DNA from: Mobula hypostoma
Taxonomy: Eukaryota
DNA length: 64,000 nt
Reading direction: 5' to 3'
NCBI RefSeq assembly: GCF_963921235.1
Contig: NC_086097.1
Span: 129,892,001-129,956,000, forward strand
Below the pieces are notes generated by a model. It was not told the DNA's origin, did no database searches, and was given only the letters and a program-made list of their open reading frames with translations. Shown piece by piece: positions 22,640-35,880 of this stretch (within the stretch, counting starts at the first letter, position 1; each line of letters opens with the position of its first letter). A program made the translations under genes and the position numbers.

Positions 22640-23665
22640 GGCAGCACAGTAGCATAGTGGGTAGCACAATGCTTTACAGCAGCGGTCCTCAACCACCGGG
22701 CCGCAAAGCATGTGCTACTGGGCCGTGAGGAAACGATACGAGTCAGCTGCAGCTTTCCTCAGTCCCTGTTATGCACTGTTGAACTTGAACATAGGGTTAC
22801 CAACTGTCCCGTATTTGCTGGGACATCCCATATATTGGACTAAATTGGTTTGTCCCGTATTACCCCCGCTAAGGTAGAGCGTTCCTATGAAACCGTTTGT
22901 GCCGAAATGGCGTGAAGCGCAGAAGCAATTACCATTAATTTATATGGGAAAAATTTTTGAGCGTTCCCAGACCCAAAAAATAACCTAACAAATCATATCA
23001 AATAACACATAAAACCGAAAATAAATAACACTAACGTATAGTAAAAGCAATAATGATATGATAAATACACAGCCTATATAAAGTAGAAATAATGTATGTA
23101 CAGTGTAGTCGGGAAGATGAAGGCAAAACCGAGAAAATCGGCACGTACGCGCATGCGCACATCAGATGTGCACGTCACGCATGCGCACACAGGTGCCCAC
23201 GCAAGGCTTCATGGTCATGGTAGTCTTTCCGGGGGTGAAGTGTCCCGGGATTTGACTGCTACTTTTGTCCCTTATTTGGGAGTGAGAAAGTTAGCAACCC
23301 TAACTGTAAAAGGCATGTTGAGGTGAGTTTAACCCTACTTGATCAACACCCTCCTCCCCCCGGTCGGCAGGTCGGCAAGAATATTGTTAATATTAAGCCG
23401 GTCCGCGGTGCAAAAAGGGTTGGACCCCTGCCTTACAGTACAGTCGACCCATGTTTAATTCCCACTGCTGCCTGTAAGGAGTTTGTACGTTCGCCCAGTG
23501 ACCGTGTTGGTTTTCTCTGGGTGCTCCAGTTTCCTTCCACAAGTCCAAAGATGCACTGGTTGGTAGGTTAATTGGTCATTATAAATTGCTCCATGATTAG
23601 GCTAGGGTTAAATCTGGGGACTGCTGGGTGGCGTGGCTCGAAGGGCCTATTCTGCATTGTATCCC
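22640..23665 (+). mobile_element. HE1-like tRNA V-SINE interrupted by a hAT MITE
   Basis: Head GGCAGCACAGTAGCATAGTGG resumes after 23438 with GGAGTTTGTACGTTC...GGGTGCTCCAGTTTCC core. Confidence 0.75.
22680..23430. mobile_element. hAT (Charlie-like) non-autonomous transposon
   Basis: CAGCGGTCCTCAACC...GGTTGGACCCCTG termini; 8-bp TSD CTTTACAG/CCTTACAG; internal second TIR pair 22792-23302. Confidence 0.8.
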
Positions 23666-25850
23666 AATGAATCAACCTACTATCCAATTAATAACTTAGT
23701 TCATTCATTTTATGGGATATACAGTAGATGCTGCTGGCAATGCCAGAACTTGAAATCTATTTCTTCAAAATTATTTTTCATACAGAAAGTAGAGATTATT
23801 TTGAATGAGCAAAGGAGATTGTAGAGGCAGATATAGTTACAACATTCAGAAGGTATTTTGATAGGTACTTAGATAGAAAGGTTTAGAGGGGTATCGGCCT
23901 AATGTAAAAATGGGACTTGTATAGATGGCATTCATGGTTGGCATGGACCAACAGGCCCATTTCTGTGCTGTATGACTCAATAGACTAATTTACTCAGCTC
24001 AATCAATTTCAATAGTCTCCAAGAATTCCCTTTCCATTAATCCGTTCCAAAGTGCTACTGGCCAGAACTATTTCTGTATGCATTTCCGGTTTATTGGTTG
24101 ATTGAAAACTTCTTCCGAAAAGAGTTGGTCAGTCAGAGTGCTCAATCACTCATGCACAGGCACGTTTAACTGTGGGATAACTGATATGCAAGTCTAGCTG
24201 AGTATCTTCTGTGGGCGAGCAGACTCTAATGATGTCTCACTGTTCCATATGAAGCATTTTTGACTAACTAATGCATCAAATCACCTCAACACCGTCATTA
24301 CGTGGGTAATTTGCCCAGTTCCACAGAAACAACTACTCTAATCAGGGCAATAGTTTCAAGTGCTCTGATACAATTCAAATGACTTCAAATTTTTCAGGTT
24401 AACTTTGCTTGACCAACTAATGCATTAAATTGCTACAAGGTGACATGACTCAATAATCTTTATGTGGATAACTTGCTCAGTTCTATAGCTTCATCCCCAC
24501 AGTCACTGACCTGAAAAAAAACCTCAAATATTTCTGACTCCCATGTTTCCCTCAGTCTGCACAAATGTTGTCATATTATTTTTGTTTACTGTGTTGTGCA
24601 AGTTATATATAATTTATATCAATTGAAGTTTCTGTAATTCATGTCTGTCATGTGCCGTGCTGCTGCTAAAAAGGAAATTTTCGTGGCATATAAAAGCCAC
24701 ATGTTGGAAAGAACTCTTCTTCCCGAGAATTCTTCATGAAGCCCATGAACCTTTGTGAATATGAAAATGATTCTATTTCCAAGAAAGCAATAGACGTACG
24801 ATCATCATTCAAACATTTTCTCTTTGACTAAGAAGAGGACAAAGATGCAGAATGCAAATCTTTTCCCATCCTGTGTGACATTTTACTTTAGAGGTTCGGA
24901 ATGTTTACAAGTTAGGAGCCAGAATAAAGCTGGAAAAGCTGAATGCAATTTTCTATTTCTTTGTACTTAAAGCTCTATTTTTTAATTATGTCTATTACAT
25001 TAGAAAAAAAATACACATGTTGATTAATCAAGAACTGTGCAGGAATAGCAGAACTGATTAACCAGCTTATTACCATGTCTGTGGGCACCTGCTGTTTACT
25101 AAATGGCCATAATGTGTTCTCCACTTTGTCAATGGCTACAGTCCAGATGCACTTAATTTGGTTGTAAAGCTCTCCTCGATGTCTTCAGGTTATGAAAGGC
25201 ACAATATAAATGCAAAATTGTTAATGCAATTTTATGAGTGCAGACATGTTTTTAAAAAGCCTCACTGTATTAGAGGTTATCAAATGTAAAATTTTGGAAC
25301 TTGCAGAAAAAAATCAATTTTTAACCCAGGTAGTTTTACATAAGGAAATTAAGAAAGCTACTGGGGAAGTTATGAAGAATAGCCATAAGGTCTAATAGAA
25401 ATTTAGAAAAGAGCAAGGTTAAAATGTGGCCTAAATTGTTGTGATTAAAGACTTGAGCCCAGCATTTAGTCTTAGTTTAATCTGCAAAGCAAGATGGGAT
25501 AAATGAACTTAGTGAAGAAGCTAATAAAAACCATAGGGTTTCAACTAACTCCCAGCTTTCTTTCACTTCTACTGTTCATGGAAAATGAAGGGTTTTGATA
25601 GCAGACAAGGAAAATCTGATTTTGACGAGGACCCTGCTGAATATTTATTCCCTCTGTGTTCTACAGAAAGAACCTACCCTCCAACAATTTAAAGATCTAC
25701 TCAAGGAAATCTCGTGTTTCCTCTTTACTCTCATACAAAAATTTACTGGAAGAAACAAATATATTTAATTATTGCTCACTAACTTGCTTTTCTACAGCAA
25801 TATTAAGCAAAACATCACAAGAATGATTTGACACTATCTTCTGCCATTTA

Positions 25851-26736
25851 CAGTGGCATGCAAAAGTTTGGGCACCCCGGTCAAAATTTCTGTTACTGTG
25901 AATAGCTAAGCGAGTAAAAGATGAACTGATTTCCAAAAGGCATAAAGTTAAAAATGACACATTTCTTTAATATTTTAAGCAACAAAACTCTTTTATTTCC
26001 ATCTTTTACAGTTTCAAAATAACAAAAAAGGAAAAGGGCCTGAAGCAAAAGTTTGGGCACCCTTCATGGCAGTACCCCCTTTGGCAAGTATCCCTGCTTG
26101 TAAATGCTTTTTGTAGCCAGCTAAGAGTCTTTCAATTTTTGTTTGGGGGATTTTCACCCATTCTTCCTTGCAAAAGGCTTTTAGTTCTGTGAGATTCTTG
26201 GGTCGTCTTGCATGCACTGCTCTTTTGAGATCTATCCACAGATTCTCGATGATGTTTAGGTCAGGGGACTGTGAGGGCCATGGCAAAACCTTCAGCTTGT
26301 GCCTCTTGAGGTAGTCCATTGTGGATTTTGAGGTGTGTTTAGGTTCATCGTCCTGTTGTAGAAGTTATCCTCTTTTCATCTTTGGCTTTTTTTTTTACAG
26401 AGGGTGTGATGCTTGCTTCCAGAATTTGCTGGTATTTAATTGAATTCATTCTTCCCTCTACCAGTAAATGTTTCCCGGGCTGCAACACAAGCCCAAAGCA
26501 TGATCGATCCACCCCCCGCCCGACCCCGTGCCTAACAGTTGGAGAGGGGATCTTTTCATGAAATTCTGCACCCTTTGCTCATTGCGGCCAAAAAGTTCAA
26601 TTTTAACTTCATCAGTTCACAGGACTTGTTTCCAAAATGCAACAGGCTTGTTAAGATGTTCCTTTGAACCTTTTGAATAGCTATTCACAGTAACAGAAGT
26701 TTTGACCACGGGTGCCCAAACTTTTGCACGCCACTG
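25851..26736 (-). mobile_element. Tc1 transposon, internally deleted
   Basis: TA-flanked TIRs CAGTGGCATGCAAAAGTTTGGGCACCC; transposase C-terminus [15 protein letters not shown] (26014-26319). Confidence 0.93.
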
Positions 26737-28060
26737 TATGTCTATGTGTTCCAACAATATCACAGTTCTCACACTGCTCTTATCTGTAACCTACTATCCT
26801 GCCAAGCTGTACTTCACCAATTCTGGCTTCTTGAGTATTCTCTATTTTCATGGCTCCACCTTGTATGGTCAGACACTCAAGTTCTGGAACGTTCCTTGAC
26901 ACACACTCTGTGGTCTGAAGAGCCTACTTCCACATTGTATCACTCTGCCTGTGGTTCCAATGTATGCAATGGGAAGGGCTTTCACCAGTGGCTTTGCCTC
27001 ATCTTGTCTATAAGGAACAACAAATCATTAGGCAAAGCCCCACATTTTTAACTCTTTACACTGGCTATTTCCTCTGGCTTTCAGTCCAGGTGAAATGTCT
27101 CAACTTGAAACATCGACTGACTATTTCCATCCAGGTCCCTAACTCGCTGAGTTCCTCCAGGTTTTTTATGTGTTGCTCCAGTTTCCAGCACCTGCAATCT
27201 CATATCGCAAAAATGCACACCTGAGGCATAGTGAAATTAAGCTAACAATGTCCACCTAATGATCTGCCTTCTCTTTGCTCACCTTTGACACTAAACCATC
27301 TCATGCAGCTTGTTATTTGGCGCATATTTGCCTAATATTTGGACCTCAAAATGCTTTCTAAGAGAGAGAAACAAAGCTGTGTTGCCTGTTTCTTCAGACG
27401 CACACTTTTCTAAGGAAGCAGCATAATTCCCTCAGCAGCAGTAGAACAGGTTACATTTTCAGATTGTATTTCAGATTTCCACCATGTGCAATCTTTTGAC
27501 TTCTTTTGTTCATTTTTTTTCTTGCAGCTTGTAAGCAAAATTAATGTACATAGTAAGGTTCACCTTGCCCCAAACCAACTTTCTGTTATCCAATCCTATT
27601 CACTTTTTCTTCTATTCTTTCCTTCTGGATCTAGCTTTGCCACAAATAGGTGCAAAGTCTCTGTGGAAGCCAGATCAATATTCTCATCACTCTCTCTGGG
27701 TAAAAGAGGTTATGCCTGAAATCTCGGTTAGATTTACTAATAAAGATCGAATACTCATGTCATATCACCTTTCACTAACAAAAAGGCCTGGCGGAGGATG
27801 TATTTCTTGTGGCATTTGGCAAAACTCCATCTTCCTGGGAACATACTGGTGTAATTCTACATTTCCATTATAGAGCGTTTTCTCACATCAGCCATTAACC
27901 TCTGGGTTGGTGCAGCATTCTCTCACTATATACGATATACCACAACAAATTCCTCACAAATGTAAATGTATATGGTGAATAAAGTTGATCTTTGATGACG
28001 TCCCCACATGAAGACACAGTCTGTACATGTCATTCAACCCCTTAAGAATTTTAGCAATCT

Positions 28061-28235
28061 TAACTGGCTTCTTGATACATTTGTGACAAAATACAATGAT
28101 TTATAACTGGCTTCTTGATACATCTGTGACAAAATACAATGATTTATAACTGGCTTCTTGATACATCTGTGACAAAATACAATGATTTATAATTGGCTTC
28201 TTGATACATTTGTGACAAAATATAATGATTTATAA
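28061..28235. repeat. 43-bp tandem repeat, 4 copies
   Basis: TAACTGGCTTCTTGATACATYTGTGACAAAATACAATGATTTA starting at 28061, 28104, 28147 and 28190. Confidence 0.97.
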
Positions 28236-29564
28236 AGCATAGCTTTTACACATATGAGTTTTATCACTGCAAAGCCTTTATAAACTATGAAATATGTGTG
28301 CAAAGTATGCAGGTGACTGTAGTAGCTCCAAACTTGCTACCATTCCCAATAAGCTTTGGCAACCGTACATTCAGCTTATACAATGGATATTTCAGCTCAT
28401 TGTAACCACTTAGGTACAGACTTAGTGGGACAACTTACACACACACACAAACACTTTGATAATCAATTTTACTTTGACTAAGGCTGGATTTTACATGTGT
28501 CATGAGAGGGTTAACCAAAACTTTTCTACTTGGTCTCTGAGTTTGAAACTTGAACCTGCAGGCACATAGATTAAAGAAAAATGGAGAGCTATGTGGGAGT
28601 GAAGGGTTAGATTGATCTTGGGGGGTACATCAAAGATTGGCACAACACTGTGAGCCAAAGGGCCTGTACTGTGCTGTACTGTTCTATTTTCAATGTTCTA
28701 CCGGTGAGATGAAGTTGTTGTCCACTGTGCTGCAGCTGATACTTTAAAGGAGAGATGTGGAAACACACCAGTATGCCATGACAAAATACATTAGACCCCT
28801 CATTGTCTCATATAAGAGAGAAGGATGGTTGCTTCCATTTTACCTTTGGCTGTATCCCATTATCAGACAAACAAGCATTCCTGGTGTCAAGTGAAACTGC
28901 AAAGAGGTATGGTCCAGAAAACGATTAGACCAATCAGTGCCTTCACTTTTATGCCACTGAATAAAATCATGCCTGATTTTATATTTTGATTTGACCTATT
29001 TTCTTGTTTGGCTTTCAAAATGTTTGCTGAGCCAAAAGCTCTTTAAGAACTTAAATCTCTGACATGAATATTCAAATATTTGGTTTCCACAGCTCTCTGG
29101 GGGAAGAGAATTTCAAGGAAATATAATTTGTGTAGCTGTGGATTTACATGAGACTGGAATTGTTGGAAAGGTGCTGAGAATAATCCAGCAATCATCATGC
29201 TTGTTTTGTGAAGTTGCTTGATGTTTCGTTCTTTTTTATATTCAGGTGGACATATACGTTTACATCTCCCTGGGTTGTCTACATGTGAAGCAATTTTATT
29301 TCTGAAAGCTTTCAGAAAGAGAAAGGTTTGTGACAAGAGGAGAAGTACGTGTTTGACATCTCGCATAATAGTGGACTAGTAGCAGCAGGTCTATTTGTTG
29401 ATGAGGAATCAGCCCTATTCTGAACTAATTTCAAACTAAAAGGGTAAATGCAATCATCCAGGGCATTAACACTAATGCTGTCAAAAGTTCAGAAACTAGA
29501 ACTCACAACTAAAACATATTATGTGTAGCTGTAAACCTGGTGAACTAAACATCACATGCATACA

Positions 29565-29566
29565 TA

Positions 29567-29605
<39 letters not shown>
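29565..29605. repeat. (CA)n microsatellite
   Basis: Directly visible. Confidence 0.95.
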
Positions 29606-29606
<1 letters not shown>

Positions 29607-30899
29607 CGTATATATGAGCAGGAGTGGGCAACCAGTCCCCTCAAACGTGCCCAGTCATGGTTAGTGTTGCTTTCCTTGGAATAGAGAAGGCTGACAGAAG
29701 ATTTTACAGCACAGCATAAAATTATATATGAGGTACCAATATGGATAGGATGCAGCTGCTTCCCTTATATCGTCATGCCTGGCTTATCCTGGCTTCAATA
29801 TCTGTTCTGTGCCAGTTCCCCTAAAGCCTTAAATTCCCCTATCTTCAAAAAATTTATTGACTTCCACCTTAAATACTGCTGATGATCTAGTTTCCACAAT
29901 GCTCTGGGGTAGAGAATTCCTGAGATAGGATAAAGAGATGTTGTCTTTTTAGTAAATTGACTGTAGATAACATATTTGGGGTGGCTCCACAGACTTCTAA
30001 TGGAGTCAGCTCAGACTGCTGCTGGAACTAGCTTTGTTTCATACATTGTGGGGCATTTATAATGATAGGGGTGGGGGTGGGGGGGGGAGAATACACACAC
30101 GTGGTGGCACTTCCAGTACTCCTATACTATACAGGATGCGCATTACCATTCTGCATAGGCAGCCTGAAAGAAATTGAGCAGGAAGTTAATCACCAGTTGC
30201 ATAAACTATTAGCAATTACAGTCACTGAGTCATACAGCAAGGAAACAGCCCCTTTGCCCAAACTCTCTGTGCCGACTAAGCTCCCCTTCCAAGCTAGTCC
30301 CATTTGCCAACATTTTTCCCATATCCCTTGACAGCTTTCCTATCCCATGTACCAGTCCAAATGTCTCTTAAAAGTTGTTAATGTACCAGCCTCAACTACT
30401 TCCTCTGGCAGTTCATTATGTGTTAAACTAAATGTTGCCTCTCAGGCGCTTAAATTTTACCCTCTCAATTAAACCTATTCCTTCTAGTGCCTGATTTCCC
30501 AACACTGGAAAAAGACAGCGTGCATTAACCCTAGCTATGCCACTCATGATTTATACACCTCTGTAAGATCATTGCTGAGTCTGTGGGGTAATGTACGGGG
30601 TGGAAACATATGCATAATTCACAAACTCTGACGTGATGACATAATAATGTGAAGTTTTTTTTTAACCACGCTTTATGTTCTGTGTTTGGATGACAGCAAA
30701 GTGAGTTCTTATGGTTTTCCTTAAACTTAAAAAGCCTCTGCCATTTTACTTATGAAAACCTACACATCTCCTACACTCCAAAAAAATAAAATCCTAGCCT
30801 GCCCAACCTCTCCCAAAAACACAGCCCCTCAATCCTTTCTAGCTTTAATTGCATCTTCCCCGTAGGAAGGTGGCCAAACCTCAACACAAATAATCTAAG

Positions 30900-31440
30900 T
30901 GATGAGGCCACACTCAGGATGGAGGAGCAACACCTTATATTCCATCTGGGTAGCCTCCAACCTGATGGCATGAACATTGATTTCTCAAACTTCTGGTATT
31001 GCGGCCCCCCCCCCACCCTTCTTCACCATTCCCCCATTCCTGTTTCCCTCTCTCATCTTTTCTCCTTACCTGCCCATCAGCTCCCCTGGTGCTCCTCCTC
31101 CTTCCCTTTCTCCCATGGTCTTCTACCCTCTCCTATCAGATTCCCCCTTCTCCAGCCCTTTATCTCTCTCACCAATCAACTCCGCAGCTCTTTACTGTAC
31201 CCCTCCCCTTCCTCTGGTTTCACTTGTCACCTACCACCTTCTACTTCTTCCTCCCCTCCCTTCCACCTTCTTGCCCTGACCTCTCATCTTTTTACCCCCA
31301 GTCCTGATGGAGGGTCTCGGACTGAAACGACAACTGTTTACTCCTTTCTGCAGATGCTGCCTGGTCTGCTGAGTGCCTCCAGCATTCTGTATGGGTGTCA
31401 ATTGGATTTCCAGCATCTGCAAATTTTCTCTTGTTTGTGG
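30900..31440 (+). mobile_element. Penelope-like element 3' end
   Basis: EEQHLIFHLGSLQPDGMNIDF C-terminus, pyrimidine-rich UTR, decayed hammerhead at ~31300-31335. Confidence 0.8.
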
Positions 31441-32854
31441 CAATACTCAGTACCGCCTCACTTGCCTGCACCACGACCTCCCACTGTCTATATTCAATGC
31501 TCTCTTGAAGGCCAGTATCACGAAAGCCTTCTCTGTAGGCAAGGTGATAAAGTGATTATGCATTACATTCTTCTTCAGAAATTTGATTCCAATGATTTCA
31601 AGTACATGCTTGGTGCAAGCAAGCAACAGAGAACAAGCTTCCACCACCCTTGGCAAAATATCGATCTGCATGACATTCTGTGACAAGTCTTGCAAAACAT
31701 TGTGCATCATTATCCAGTCTTCTGCCATTACCCAAAGCATATGTTACAAGACTGCTGCCAATACTGAAAACTAGCTCTACTGTTACATTGGGATGGGAGA
31801 GAAAGAAATATATCTCTGCAAGAAAGGGAAAAGTAAAATCATGGTTAGTTTGCACATGGAGGGAAATGGACAATTGACACTTCAGGTTGAGACTCTTCAT
31901 CTGGACACAGTGTAGGTACCTCCTGATCCACTCCAGCAATTCGTGCGTTGCTCCAGATTCCAGTATCTGCAGCCTCTTGTGTCTCTGCTCGTTTGAACTT
32001 CCTCAGAAAAGAGAAAACAGTTTTTCACCAAAAAAGCAATGCACGGTGCCTTTTGTATTCCAGTTATGAGGAAATATCGGAATAATTGGTATCGCTTTCC
32101 TTAAGGTTGTGGAGGCTGAGAGGACATTTAATTGCAAGAGCCTGAAATTCTGAGACATCTTCATAAATAGGATGGAGTTACTTCCCCCAGTGAAGGAGTC
32201 AGCAATGAAGGGGCATGGATTTGTAGAAGATTTAGAGAGAGGATGAAGACTCCAAGGTCTGAAATTCACTACTCTTAAGGGTGATGGAAGCAGAACATCT
32301 CACTACATTTGAACAGTACCTCGAGGTGTAATTGACAGCCATAGACAAACGTACATTAAATCCCCACTGACTATTAGTCACCCATTTATACTAATCTGCG
32401 CTAATCCCTTTGCGTTATTCTCCTTATTTTCCCCATCAACTCTCCCCAGATTCCACCACTTACATACACACCACAGGCAATTTGTAACTGCCATACATTT
32501 GACCAACATGCACATCTTTGGGACATGGGAGGAAACTGGAGCACTTGCAGGAAACCCACAGAGTCACAGGGAGGGCAGGCAACAGGGGTCAAGATTGAAC
32601 CTGAGACAGTGAAATTGTGAGACAGCAGCTCTCCGAGCTGCACCACTCTAACACCAAAGGGATACAGGATTACCAAACCATTCATCTATCACGATGGATA
32701 CAATAAGGATGAATGCCTTCTTTCTGTGGTGCAAACTTTTCTATGATTCTAGTGACAGCAAAAGAGATAAGAAATTAAGCTACAGTATACTCCATTAACT
32801 CTGGCTATACTTTCCACTGATTCTGGAAAGTAGCCAACGTAATCAAAAAAAAAA

Positions 32855-33478
32855 CATACAAAACGCTGGAGGAATTCAGCAGGCCAGGTGGCATCTATGG
32901 AAATGAACAGATAGTCAACATTGCCCCCATGGCGCTTATTTGGGGCTGAGAAGGAAGGGGGAAGATGCCAGAATAAAAAGGAATCTGACAGGAGAGGAGA
33001 GTGGATGATAGGAGAAAGGGAAGGAGGAGGGGACCCAGTGGGATGTAATAGGCAGGTGAGAAGAAGTAAAAGAGGTAAAAGGGTGGGGAATAGAGGAAGG
33101 GAAAATCGATATTCATGCCATCAGGTTGGAGGCTACCCAGATGGAATATAAGGTTTTGTTCCTCTATCCTGAGGGTGGCCTCATCTTTGCACAAGAGGTG
33201 GCCATACACACACTGGAACAGGAATGGGAATTGGAATTAAAGTGTTTGGCCACCTGGAAGTCCTGCTTGTGGCGGATTGTATGGCTGTTCTTACCAATGA
33301 AGAGGAGGCTGCATTGGGAACACCAGACACAAGAGACGACCCCAGCAGATTCAGCGGTGAAGTGTTGCCTCGTCTGGAGGGACGGCCTGGGGCCCTGAAT
33401 GGAGGTGAGGAGGGAGCTGTATAGGCAGGTGTACTTAGGCTACTGGCAGAGATAAGTGCCAGGAGGGAGATTAGTGGG
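32855..33478 (-). mobile_element. Penelope-like element, decayed GIY-YIG region plus 3' end
   Basis: Reverse translation SLTSIQGP..QHFTAESAGVVSCVWCSQCSLLFIG and EEQNLIFHLGSLQPDGMNIDF. Confidence 0.8.
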
Positions 33479-34636
33479 ATTAATGCCAGTACTCAAACAC
33501 AAAATAAGTTAAACAGTACAGCACAAGTACCTCCTCTCTTTTTATCCCTACTCCAGTTTTAAGAGCTACTCAAGTAATATCCAAACCCCTTTCTGGGCCA
33601 ATAATTTCTTCTGAACAAGCACTTGAATTGCCAAGACATAGGAAGCCTAATACAGACAAACAGGATTAGTGTAGATTGTACTATGGGCAGCATGTGCATA
33701 GTGGACTGAAAACCAGTTTCTGTGCTTTGTGAACTTAAATGGCAAGGCTGAAATAATAAGAAACAAAAGAGACAACTAGTTAAAAGTAATAACAATGTTA
33801 AGTTGAATATACAGACATTCATCAGTTTTTACACCTTAGTCACAGTTACGTGGTACAGGTCTCACGGCCCACCTACCCCACAATGACCACCGTGAACCCA
33901 TTTATACACATCCTACACTAATACCAACATCTGAAGACAACAGCAGCTGTTAACGATGCATTCTGAACCGGTACTTAGAATGTTTTTACTGCTACATCAC
34001 TCACTGCAGAAGGAAACTATTCCTCAAATTCAACCTTAGCATGATACAGGTAACATTTTTGCACTCAGTGCATGCAGTGGGGAAAGATACATCACTCTTC
34101 ACTGAGATGCACAAGTCAGGATCTGTTTGTATTGCAGCAAAAGATCATTATGCATTATCTGCAGTGATACATTTACTTTAAAGCCAATGAAAATCGTGGG
34201 ATTGTGAAAGGTTCTGTGAAAATGCAAGTCCTACTTTAACAATAAGCTGAGCTTATTGAAGGATCCTGATGATTTGAAGCCATAATGAATGGCAATGGCT
34301 CAGGCAAACAAAACTGCACTAAACTCCAAGTTTCCCCATGTTCTTTTCAATCCTCCTGTTCAGCATAGGATTATAGTCCAGGGAGTTGGGGAAATGATCT
34401 TATACAGATGTATACAATCATAAGGGGAACAGAAAAGGTGAATGCACAGTATTTTTTTCCAGGTACTGCAATTGGCCTATCTGCAAAAAAGGTATATCTA
34501 CGATGGATGCCATCTCCCTTGCCCTGTACTCATCTCTGCAGCATCTGGACAGAAAAGCCACTTACATTAGATTATTGTTTATGGACTATACCTCCACCTT
34601 CAATATTATAATTTCCAGCAAACATCACTAAATTTC

Positions 34637-34940
34637 TTTTTTTTTGGCATGTGCATGCATGTGCGTCTGCATGTGTGCATCCGTTTGTGTGCAATGTTGG
34701 CGGGATGATGTCTTTTTCATGCCTCTACAAGGCGCGGAGCAAGAGAGAGACTGTGTTGCCGCCACTCCTCACACAGACCTTTTGCAGTATTTTCCCCTTT
34801 ATTTTATGAGGTCGAGTTGCGATCTTGACACTCAGCCCGGCATGGATGGAAAGCGTACTCGGGAGCGGCTCCGACTGGATTCAAACCCTGGAACCTTCGT
34901 TCCAGAATCCGGTGCTGATGGCATTGCGCCACCAGCCGGC
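34637..34940 (-). mobile_element. Full-length tRNA-derived SINE
   Basis: A/B boxes on the minus strand, A-tail, 15-bp TSD AC(A/G)TCACTAAATTTC (34622-34636, 34942-34956). Confidence 0.88.
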
Positions 34941-35039
34941 CACGTCACTAAATTTCAAGTATACGTAGACAACACCAAATTCATCTCCAACTTTCAGACA
35001 ATAAACACAAGACTTACAGAAAGGCAACAACACCTCTGC

Positions 35040-35880
35040 CATGATTATTCTCAACACTAGAGCCCCAGAAGGCCATGTCCTCAGCCCTCCTACTCTATTC
35101 CCATTACAGTCATGACTGTGTGGCCAGAATCTGCTCTAACTCCATTTTTACAAGTCTGGGGATGATATCAGTATCGAGAGCTGTATTTCAAATAATGAGA
35201 AGTCGGAGTACAGGAAGTAAAAAGAGAGCAGAGTAACATAGAGTCATGACAACAACCTTTCCCTCAATGTCAGCAAAACAAAAGAGCTGGGCATTAACTT
35301 CAGGAAGGAGATGGTTAATATGCTCCTGTCTTCATCAGTGGCACTGAAGTTAAGAGGGTTGAAAGCTTCATGGTCCTAGGAGCCAACATCACCAACAGCC
35401 TGACCTGGTCTAACCGTGTAGATACCATAGCCAAGAAAGCTCACTAAAATGCCTCTACTTTCTCAAGAGGCTAGAGAAATTTGGCATGTCCCCATCGAAC
35501 CTCACCAACTTCTATTGATGCACCATAGAAAGAATCCTATCTGGATGCATCAAGGCTTGGTTTGGCAAATGGTCTGTCCGTACTGCAAGAAATTTGCAGA
35601 GTTGGAGACACAGCTCGGCATATCACAGATGTGTGTACAGTTCTTGTTGCCTCAGTAAAGCAGTCAGCATAACTCAAAACCCACTCATCCAGACATTCTG
35701 CCTTCTCCCATCAGGCAGAAGATATGAAAGCATGACAGCACATATCACCAGGCTCACGGACAGCTTCTGTTCCACTCTTAAAAGACTACTGAATATCTCC
35801 TTGTACGATAAGATGGATTTTAACTTCACAATTGTTATGGATATTGTACCTTCTTGCCTACCTGCACTGCACTTTCTCAT
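35040..35880 (+). mobile_element. Decayed Rex1/Babar fragment
   Basis: Nucleotide similarity to the other Rex RT/3' regions (LNVSKTKEL, LLPSGRRY). Confidence 0.7.

Noticed and set aside
25640..25770. Acceptor-like CTACAG followed by a short open frame
   Set aside because: No donor site and no recognisable peptide.
28061..28235. CRISPR-like array
   Set aside because: Units are contiguous with no unique spacers, no cas genes, eukaryotic context.
30582..30766. Possible short solo LTR (TGTGGGG...CCTACACA) inside a CR1 tail
   Set aside because: It looks like an insertion, but there is no convincing TSD or poly(A) signal, so its class cannot be supported.
30919..31683. 254-aa Pro/Ser-rich ORF
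   Set aside because: Read-through from a Penelope C-terminus into its pyrimidine-rich UTR and flanking DNA.
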